Below are positions 1 through 9,465 of a DNA stretch of 19,954 nucleotides, in pieces. How positions within the stretch are numbered: position 1 is the stretch's first letter; every line of letters starts with the position of its first letter. The DNA is from Azolla caroliniana (taxonomy: Eukaryota > Plantae > Polypodiophyta). Below the pieces are notes generated by a model. It made no database searches. It saw only the letters and a list, made by a program, of their open reading frames with translations, and was not told the DNA's origin. A program made the translations under genes and the position numbers. The stretch is taken from contig JBHGNT010000584.1 in the NCBI GenBank assembly GCA_043228905.1, positions 1 through 19,954 on the forward strand. The letters are read 5' to 3'.

Positions 1-248
1 TTTGGGGTGACTCTAGTTGCGGGTTAAAATTTCAAAGCCATACCTCTATCGATAAGAGAGATATGAGCGTTTAAAAATTATTTTTGAAAAAAAGTGAATT
101 TGTGACAGCTATCTCGCGAACGGAAAAAGCTAGCGCTTTGATTTTTGCGCCATTCGATTCGCCGTAAAAATGTATTGAAAATCACGTACAAAGCAGAGTA
201 CTTTTTAGCTCAATTGAAGTGCCTAAAATTCAAGCTTAAAAGTTAGCG
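1..248. repeat. Partial 659-bp module (3' part of B2 plus D monomer)
   Basis: Position 1 (tttggggtgactctag) matches 4302 onward. It has several small indels relative to later copies. Confidence 0.93.
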
Positions 249-3200
249 TCTGGAAAAAACATTGAAAAGTTGAAAAAAGCAGACAGCTATCTCCCGAACT
301 AAAGGAGCTAGCGTCTTGATTTTTGCGCCAATCGATAGCCGTGAAAATGTAGATAAATTTCACAAAAAGACAAGTTGTTTTAGCTCAATTGGAAGTGCCT
401 AAAATTCAAGTTAAAGTTAGCGTCTGGAAAAAACCATTGAAAAGTTGAAAAAAGCAACGCTATCTCCCGAACTAAAGGAGCTAGCGTCTTGATTTTTGCG
501 CCAATCGAAAGGCCGTGAAATGTAGATAAATTTTCAAAAAAAGAAAGTTGTTTTAGCTCAATTGGAAGTGCCTAAAATTCAAGTTAAAGTTAGCGTCTGG
601 AAAAAACCATTGAAAAGTTGAAAAAAGCAACGCTATCTCCCGAACTAAAGGAGCTAGCGTCTTGATTTTTGCGCCAATCGAAAGGCCGTGAAATGTAGAT
701 AAATTTTCAAAAAAGAAAGTTGTTTTAGCTCAATTGGAAGTGCCTAAAATTCAAGTTAAAGTTAGCGTTCTGGAAAAAACCATTGAAAAGTTGAAAAAGC
801 AACGCTATCTCCCGAACTTAAGGAGCTAGCGTCTTGATTTTTGCGCCAATCGAAAGGCCGTGAAATGTAGATGAATTTTCAAAAAAAGAAAGTTGTTTTA
901 GCTCAATTGGAAGTGCCTAAAATTCAAGTTAAAGTTAGCGTCTGGAAAAAAACCATTGAAAAGTTGAAAAAACCAACGCTATCTCCCGAACTAAAGGAGC
1001 TAGCGTCTTTGATTTTTGCGCCAATCGAAAGGCCGTAAAATGTAGATAAATTTTCAAAAAAAGAAAGTTGTTTTAGCTCAATTGGAAGTGCCTAAAATTC
1101 AAGTTAAAGTTAGCGTCTGGAAAAAAACCATTGAAAAGTTGAAAAAAGCAACGCTATCTCCCGAACTAAAGGAGCTAGCGTCTTGATTTTTGCGCCAATC
1201 GAAAGGCCGTGAAATGTAGATAAATTTTTAAAAAAAGAAAGTTGTTTTAGCTCAATTGGAAGTGCCTAAAATTCAAGTTAAAGTTAGCGTCTGGAAAAAA
1301 CCATTGAAAAGTTGAAAAAAGCAACGCTATCTCCCGAACTAAAGGAGCTAGCGTCTTGATTTTTGCGCCAATCGAAAGGCCGTGAAATGTAGATAAATTT
1401 TCAAAAAAAGAAAGTTGTTTTAGCTCAATTGGAAGTGCCTAAAATTCAAGTTAAAGTTAGCGTCTGGAAAAAACCATTGAAAAGTTGAAAAAAGCAACGC
1501 TATCTCCCGAACTAAAGGAGCTAGCGTCTTGATTTTTGCGCCAATCGAAAGGCCGTGAAATGTAGATAAATTTTCAAAAAAAGAAAGTTGTTTTAGCTCA
1601 ATTGGAAGTGCCTAAAATTCAAGTTAAAGTTAGCGTCTGGAAAAAACCATTGAAAAGTTGAAAAAAGCAACGCTATCTCCCGAACTTAAGGAGCTAGCGT
1701 CTTGATTTTTGCGCCAATCGAAAGGCCGTGAAATGTAGATAAATTTTCAAAAAAAGAAAGTTGTTTTAGCTCAATTGGAAGTGCCTAAAATTCAAGTTAA
1801 AGTTAGCGTCTGGAAAAAACCATTGAAAAGTTGAAAAAAGCAACGCTATCTCCCGAACTTAAGGAGCTAGCGTCTTGATTTTTGCGCCAATCGAAAGGCC
1901 GTGAAATGTAGATAAATTTTCAAAAAAAGAAAGTTGTTTTAGCTCAATTGGAAGTGCCTAAAATTCAAGTTAAAGTTAGCGTCTGGAAAAAACCATTGAA
2001 AAGTTGAAAAAACCAACGCTATCTCCCGAACTAAAGGAGCTAGCGTCTTGATTTTTGCGCCAATCGAAAGGCCGTGAAATGTAGATAAATTTTCAAAAAA
2101 AGAAAGTTGTTTTAGCTCAATTGGAAGTGCCTAAAATTCAAGTTAAAGTTAGCGTCTGGAAAAAACCATTGAAAAGTTGAAAAAAGCAACGCTATCTCCC
2201 GAACTAAAGGAGCTAGCGTCTTGATTTTTGCGCCAATCGAAAGGCCGTGAAATGTAGATAAATTTTCAAAAAAAGAAAGTTGTTTTAGCTCAATTGGAAG
2301 TGCCTAAAATTCAAGTTAAAGTTAGCGTCTGGAAAAAACCATTGAAAAGTTGAAAAAAGCAACGCTATCTCCCGAACTTAAGGAGCTAGCGTCTTGATTT
2401 TTGCGCCAATCGAAAGGCCGTGAAATGTAGATAAATTTTCAAAAAAAGAAAGTTGTTTTAGCTCAATTGGAAGTGCCTAAAATTCAAGTTAAAGTTAGCG
2501 TCTGGAAAAAACCATTGAAAAGTTGAAAAAAGCAACGCTATCTCCCGAACTTAAGGAGCTAGCGTCTTGATTTTTGCGCCAATCGAAAGGCCGTGAAATG
2601 TAGATGAATTTTCAAAAAAAGAAAGTTGTTTTAGCTCAATTGGAAGTGCCTAAAATTCAAGTTAAAGTTAGCGTCTGGAAAAAAACCATTGAAAAGTTGA
2701 AAAAAACAACGCTATCTCCCGAACTAAAGGAGCTAGCGTCTTTGATTTTTGCGCCAATCGAAAGGCCGTAAAATGTAGATAAATTTTCAAAAAAAGAAAG
2801 TTGTTTTAGCTCAATTGGAAGTGCCTAAAATTCAAGTTAAAGTTAGCGTCTGGAAAAAACCATTGAAAAGTTGAAAAAACCAACGCTATCTCCCGAACTA
2901 AAGGAGCTAGCGTCTTTGATTTTTGCGCCAATCGAAAGGCCGTAAAATGTAGATAAATTTTCAAAAAAAGAAAGTTGTTTTAGCTCAATTGGAAGTGCCT
3001 AAAATTCAAGTTAAAGTTAGCGTCTGGAAAAAACCATTGAAAAGTTGAAAAAAGCAACGCTATCTCCCGAACTAAAGGAGCTAGCGTCTTGATTTTTGCG
3101 CCAATCGAAAGGCCGTGAAATGTAGATAAATTTTCAAAAAAAGAAAGTTGTTTTAGCTCAATTGGAAGTGCCTAAAATTCAAGTTAAAGTTAGCGTCTGG

Positions 3201-3887
3201 AAAAAACCATTGAAAAGTTGAAAAAAGCAACGCTATCTCCCGAACTAAAGGAGCTAGCGTCTTGATTTTTGCGCCAATCGAAAGGCCGTGAAATGTAGAT
3301 AAATTTTCAAAAAAAGAAAGTTGTTTTAGCTCAATTGGAAGTGCCTAAAATTCAAGTTAAAGTTAGCGTCTGGAAAAAACCATTGAAAAGTTGAAAAAAG
3401 CAACGCTATCTCCCGAACTAAAGGAGCTAGCGTCTTGATTTTTGCGCCAATCGAAAGGCCGTGAAATGTAGATAAATTTTCAAAAAAAGAAAGTTGTTTT
3501 AGCTCAATTGGAAGTGCCTAAAATTCAAGTTAAAGTTAGCGTCTGGAAAAAACCATTGAAAAGTTGAAAAAAGCAACGCTATCTCCCGAACTAAAGGAGC
3601 TAGCGTCTTGATTTTTGCGCCAATCGAAAGGCCGTGAAATGTAGATAAATTTTCAAAAAAAGAAAGTTGTTTTAGCTCAATTGGAAGTGCCTAAAATTCA
3701 AGTTAAAGTTAGCGTCTGGAAAAAACCATTGAAAAGTTGAAAAAAGCAACGCTATCTCCCGAACTTAAGGAGCTAGCGTCTTGATTTTTGCGCCAATCGA
3801 AAGGCCGTGAAATGTAGATGAATTTTCAAAAAAAGAAAGTTGTTTTAGCTCAATTGGAAGTGCCTTAAATTCAAGTTAAAGTTAGCG
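249..3887. repeat. Run of 21 x 173-bp monomers
   Basis: Monomer tctggaaaaaaccattg...tatctcccgaactaaaggagctagcg...aagttaaagttagcg. The period is 173 (tatctcccga at 3061 and 3234), and 3639/173 is about 21. Confidence 0.96.
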
Positions 3888-4545
3888 AAATCAAGAAAAA
3901 AATCGAATTTTTTAGAATAATTTCAAATTACTATGAAACACTCGCGGGGGTGCGGTTAGGCCCCATTTCAAATTTTAGACCTTTACGTTTAATATTAAGG
4001 GAGATATGAAATTTTAAAAATTGCAAAAAATCACTTTTTTCTCAAACTTCGATTTTTGCTGTTTTTGACAGCCTGTCACGCCCGAACGCTTGGGCCTACA
4101 GGTCCAATTTTTTTTTCAAAAAATTCCTCTCAAAAAGATCTACAAAACTAAAAAAAATTCAAGTCTCTAGCTCAATTAGAAAGGGGTGAAAAAAATTTTC
4201 AAGTTGGCGATTTTTGCCTACCATGACCCCCACCCTTTGAATATGAAAATGACAAAAAAATCGATGTCTTCAGAATGGCTTCATATAAGGGTTGAAAATA
4301 GTTTGGGGTGACTCTAGTTGCGGGTTAAAATTTCAAAGCCATACCTCTATCGATAAGAGAGATATGAGCGTTTAAAAATTATTTTTGAAAAAAAGTGAAT
4401 TTGTGACAGCTATCTCGCGAACGGAAAAAGCTAGCGCTTTGATTTTTGCGCCATTCGATTCGCCGTAAAAAATGTATTGAAAATCACTACAAACAAGTTA
4501 TTTTAGCTCAATTGAAAGTGCCTAAAATTCAAGTTAAAGTTAGCG
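3888..4545. repeat. 659-bp-type module (B1 3888-4066, C 4067-4209, B2 4210-4404, D 4405-4545); this copy is 658 bp
   Basis: Near-identical to the nine other full copies. C and D both start gacagc and end with aagtt(g/a)gcg. Confidence 0.95.
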
Positions 4546-5411
4546 TCTGGAAAAAAACCATTGAAAAGTTGAAAAAAGCAACGCTATCTCCCGAACTAAA
4601 GGAGCTAGCGTCTTGATTTTTGCGCCAATCGAAAGGCCGTGAAATGTAGATAAATTTTCAAAAAAAGAAAGTTGTTTTAGCTCAATTGGAAGTGCCTAAA
4701 ATTCAAGTTAAAGTTAGCGTCTGGAAAAAACCATTGAAAAGTTGAAAAAAGCAACGCTATCTCCCGAACTAAAGGAGCTAGCGTCTTGATTTTTGCGCCA
4801 ATCGAAAGGCCGTGAAATGTAGATAAATTTTCAAAAAAAGAAAGTTGTTTTAGCTCAATTGGAAGTGCCTAAAATTCAAGTTAAAGTTAGCGTCTGGAAA
4901 AAACCATTGAAAAGTTGAAAAAAGCAACGCTATCTCCCGAACTAAAGGAGCTAGCGTCTTGATTTTTGCGCCAATCGAAAGGCCGTGAAATGTAGATAAA
5001 TTTTCAAAAAAAGAAAGTTGTTTTAGCTCAATTGGAAGTGCCTAAAATTCAAGTTAAAGTTAGCGTCTGGAAAAAACCATTGAAAAGTTGAAAAAAGCAA
5101 CGCTATCTCCCGAACTAAAGGAGCTAGCGTCTTGATTTTTGCGCCAATCGAAAGGCCGTGAAATGTAGATAAATTTTCAAAAAAAGAAAGTTGTTTTAGC
5201 TCAATTGGAAGTGCCTAAAATTCAAGTTAAAGTTAGCGTCTGGAAAAAACCATTGAAAAGTTGAAAAAAGCAACGCTATCTCCCGAACTTAAGGAGCTAG
5301 CGTCTTGATTTTTGCGCCAATCGAAAGGCCGTGAAATGTAGATGAATTTTCAAAAAAAGAAAGTTGTTTTAGCTCAATTGGAAGTGCCTTAAATTCAAGT
5401 TAAAGTTAGCG
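4546..5411. repeat. Run of 5 x 173-bp monomers
   Basis: Direct tandem copies; the last is the T variant. Confidence 0.96.
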
Positions 5412-6071
5412 AAATCAAGAAAAAAATCGAATTTTTTAGAATAATTTCAAATTACTATGAAACACTCGCGGGGGTGCGGTTAGGCCCCATTTCAAATTTT
5501 AGACCTTTACGTTTAATATTAAGGGAGATATGAAATTTTAAAAATTGCAAAAAATCACTTTTTTCTCAAACTTCGATTTTTGCTGTTTTTGACAGCCTGT
5601 CACGCCCGAACGCTTGGGCCTACAGGTCCAATTTTTTTTTCAAAAAATTCCTCTCAAAAAGATCTACAAAACTTAAAAAAAATTCAAGTCTCTAGCTCAA
5701 TTAGAAAGGGGTGAAAAAAATTTTCAAAGTTGGCGATTTTTGCCTACCATGACCCCCACCCTTTGAATATGAAAATGACAAAAAAATCGATGTCTTCAGA
5801 ATGGCTTCATATAAGGGTTGAAAATAGTTTGGGGTGACTCTAGTTGCGGGTTAAAATTTCAAAGCCATACCTCTATCGATAAGAGAGATATGAGCGTTTA
5901 AAAATTATTTTTGAAAAAAAGTGAATTTGTGACAGCTATCTCGCGAACGGAAAAAGCTAGCGCTTTGATTTTTGCGCCATTCGATTCGCCGTAAAAAATG
6001 TATTGAAAATCACTACAAACAAGTTATTTTAGCTCAATTGAAAGTGCCTAAAATTCAAGTTAAAGTTAGCG
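5412..6071. repeat. 659-bp-type module (660 bp, 1-bp insertion near 5674)
   Basis: Matches 3888-4545. Confidence 0.95.
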
Positions 6072-7109
6072 TCTGGAAAAAACCATTGAAAAGTTGAAAA
6101 AAGCAACGCTATCTCCCGAACTAAAGGAGCTAGCGTCTTGATTTTTACGCCAATCGAAAGGCCGTGAAATGTAGATAAATTTTCAAAAAAAGAAAGTTGT
6201 TTTAGCTCAATTGGAAGTGCCTAAAATTCAAGTTAAAGTTAGCGTCTGGAAAAAACCATTGAAAAGTTGAAAAAAGCAACGCTATCTCCCGAACTAAAGG
6301 AGCTAGCGTCTTGATTTTTGCGCCAATCGAAAGGCCGTGAAATGTAGATAAATTTTCAAAAAAAGAAAGTTGTTTTAGCTCAATTGGAAGTGCCTAAAAT
6401 TCAAGTTAAAGTTAGCGTCTGGAAAAAACCATTGAAAAGTTGAAAAAAGCAACGCTATCTCCCGAACTAAAGGAGCTAGCGTCTTGATTTTTGCGCCAAT
6501 CGAAAGGCCGTGAAATGTAGATAAATTTTCAAAAAAAGAAAGTTGTTTTAGCTCAATTGGAAGTGCCTAAAATTCAAGTTAAAGTTAGCGTCTGGAAAAA
6601 ACCATTGAAAAGTTGAAAAAAGCAACGCTATCTCCCGAACTAAAGGAGCTAGCGTCTTGATTTTTGCGCCAATCGAAAGGCCGTGAAATGTAGATAAATT
6701 TTCAAAAAAAGAAAGTTGTTTTAGCTCAATTGGAAGTGCCTAAAATTCAAGTTAAAGTTAGCGTCTGGAAAAAACCATTGAAAAGTTGAAAAAAGCAACG
6801 CTATCTCCCGAACTAAAGGAGCTAGCGTCTTGATTTTTGCGCCAATCGAAAGGCCGTGAAATGTAGATAAATTTTCAAAAAAAGAAAGTTGTTTTAGCTC
6901 AATTGGAAGTGCCTAAAATTCAAGTTAAAGTTAGCGTCTGGAAAAAACCATTGAAAAGTTGAAAAAAGCAACGCTATCTCCCGAACTTAAGGAGCTAGCG
7001 TCTTGATTTTTGCGCCAATCGAAAGGCCGTGAAATGTAGATGAATTTTCAAAAAAAGAAAGTTGTTTTAGCTCAATTGGAAGTGCCTTAAATTCAAGTTA
7101 AAGTTAGCG
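6072..7109. repeat. Run of 6 x 173-bp monomers
   Basis: 1038 bp = 6 x 173. Confidence 0.96.
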
Positions 7110-7768
7110 AAATCAAGAAAAAAATCGAATTTTTTAGAATAATTTCAAATTACTATGAAACACTCGCGGGGGTGCGGTTAGGCCCCATTTCAAATTTTAG
7201 ACCTTTACGTTTAATATTAAGGGAGATATGAAATTTTAAAAATTGCAAAAAATCACTTTTTTCTCAAACTTCGATTTTTGCTGTTTTTGACAGCCTGTCA
7301 CGCCCGAACGCTTGGGCCTACAGGTCCAATTTTTTTTTCAAAAAATTCCTCTCAAAAAGATCTACAAAACTAAAAAAAATTCAAGTCTCTAGCTCAATTA
7401 GAAAGGGGTGAAAAAAATTTTCAAAGTTGGCGATTTTTGCCTACCATGACCCCCACCCTTTGAATATGAAAATGACAAAAAAATCGATGTCTTCAGAATG
7501 GCTTCATATAAGGGTTGAAAATAGTTTGGGGTGACTCTAGTTGCGGGTTAAAATTTCAAAGCCATACCTCTATCGATAAGAGAGATATGAGCGTTTAAAA
7601 ATTATTTTTGAAAAAAAGTGAATTTGTGACAGCTATCTCGCGAACGGAAAAAGCTAGCGCTTTGATTTTTGCGCCATTCGATTCGCCGTAAAAAATGTAT
7701 TGAAAATCACTACAAACAAGTTATTTTAGCTCAATTGAAAGTGCCTAAAATTCAAGTTAAAGTTAGCG
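7110..7768. repeat. 659-bp module
   Basis: Matches the other module copies. Confidence 0.95.
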
Positions 7769-8806
7769 TCTGGAAAAAACCATTGAAAAGTTGAAAAAAG
7801 CAACGCTATCTCCCGAACTAAAGGAGCTAGCGTCTTGATTTTTGCGCCAATCGAAAGGCCGTGAAATGTAGATAAATTTTCAAAAAAAGAAAGTTGTTTT
7901 AGCTCAATTGGAAGTGCCTAAAATTCAAGTTAAAGTTAGCGTCTGGAAAAAACCATTGAAAAGTTGAAAAAAGCAACGCTATCTCCCGAACTAAAGGAGC
8001 TAGCGTCTTGATTTTTGCGCCAATCGAAAGGCCGTGAAATGTAGATAAATTTTCAAAAAAAGAAAGTTGTTTTAGCTCAATTGGAAGTGCCTAAAATTCA
8101 AGTTAAAGTTAGCGTCTGGAAAAAACCATTGAAAAGTTGAAAAAAGCAACGCTATCTCCCGAACTAAAGGAGCTAGCGTCTTGATTTTTGCGCCAATCGA
8201 AAGGCCGTGAAATGTAGATAAATTTTCAAAAAAAGAAAGTTGTTTTAGCTCAATTGGAAGTGCCTAAAATTCAAGTTAAAGTTAGCGTCTGGAAAAAACC
8301 ATTGAAAAGTTGAAAAAAGCAACGCTATCTCCCGAACTAAAGGAGCTAGCGTCTTGATTTTTGCGCCAATCGAAAGGCCGTGAAATGTAGATAAATTTTC
8401 AAAAAAAGAAAGTTGTTTTAGCTCAATTGGAAGTGCCTAAAATTCAAGTTAAAGTTAGCGTCTGGAAAAAACCATTGAAAAGTTGAAAAAAGCAACGCTA
8501 TCTCCCGAACTAAAGGAGCTAGCGTCTTGATTTTTGCGCCAATCGAAAGGCCGTGAAATGTAGATAAATTTTCAAAAAAAGAAAGTTGTTTTAGCTCAAT
8601 TGGAAGTGCCTAAAATTCAAGTTAAAGTTAGCGTCTGGAAAAAACCATTGAAAAGTTGAAAAAAGCAACGCTATCTCCCGAACTTAAGGAGCTAGCGTCT
8701 TGATTTTTGCGCCAATCGAAAGGCCGTGAAATGTAGATGAATTTTCAAAAAAAGAAAGTTGTTTTAGCTCAATTGGAAGTGCCTTAAATTCAAGTTAAAG
8801 TTAGCG
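7769..8806. repeat. Run of 6 x 173-bp monomers
   Basis: 1038 bp = 6 x 173. Confidence 0.96.
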
Positions 8807-9465
8807 AAATCAAGAAAAAAATCGAATTTTTTAGAATAATTTCAAATTACTATGAAACACTCGCGGGGGTGCGGTTAGGCCCCATTTCAAATTTTAGACC
8901 TTTACGTTTAATATTAAGGGAGATATGAAATTTTAAAAATTGCAAAAAATCACTTTTTTCTCAAACTTCGATTTTTGCTGTTTTTGACAGCCTGTCACGC
9001 CCGAACGCTTGGGCCTACAGGTCCAATTTTTTTTTCAAAAAATTCCTCTCAAAAAGATCTACAAAACTAAAAAAAATTCAAGTCTCTAGCTCAATTAGAA
9101 AGGGGTGAAAAAAATTTTCAAAGTTGGCGATTTTTGCCTACCATGACCCCCACCCTTTGAATATGAAAATGACAAAAAAATCGATGTCTTCAGAATGGCT
9201 TCATATAAGGGTTGAAAATAGTTTGGGGTGACTCTAGTTGCGGGTTAAAATTTCAAAGCCATACCTCTATCGATAAGAGAGATATGAGCGTTTAAAAATT
9301 ATTTTTGAAAAAAAGTGAATTTGTGACAGCTATCTCGCGAACGGAAAAAGCTAGCGCTTTGATTTTTGCGCCATTCGATTCGCCGTAAAAAATGTATTGA
9401 AAATCACTACAAACAAGTTATTTTAGCTCAATTGAAAGTGCCTAAAATTCAAGTTAAAGTTAGCG
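8807..9465. repeat. 659-bp module
   Basis: Matches the other module copies. Confidence 0.95.

Noticed and set aside
249-3887. Repetitive protein-coding ORF
   Set aside because: 173 is not a multiple of 3, so any frame cycles through all three phases. The monomer contains several stop triplets on both strands, so no long ORF can persist.
3954-3961. Telomeric TTAGG/TTAGGC motif (also gcctaa once per monomer)
   Set aside because: These are single isolated occurrences and never tandem, as expected by chance.
4290-4320. Canonical Helitron 3' end (hairpin plus CTAG) at ctctagt
   Set aside because: There is no convincing GC-rich hairpin 10-15 bp upstream and no junction at this site.
3888-4545. 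5S rRNA, tRNA, snRNA or spliced-leader gene in the module (tandem gene array or rDNA spacer)
   Set aside because: I recognised no such sequence, cloverleaf or Pol III boxes, and the module is explained by diverged monomer-related segments. An Rfam cmscan would settle it.
3888-4545. Independent transposon insertions into a plain satellite
   Set aside because: The junction register and flanking SNPs are the same in every copy and I saw no target-site duplication. This indicates one origin followed by amplification.
4585-4600. CENP-B box
   Set aside because: tcccgaac shares only fragments. The TTCG-N4-A-N2-CGGG spacing is not met on either strand.
941-5700. Single-base homopolymer length variants (A6/A7 and similar)
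   Set aside because: They cannot be distinguished from long-read sequencing error, so I did not use them as markers.
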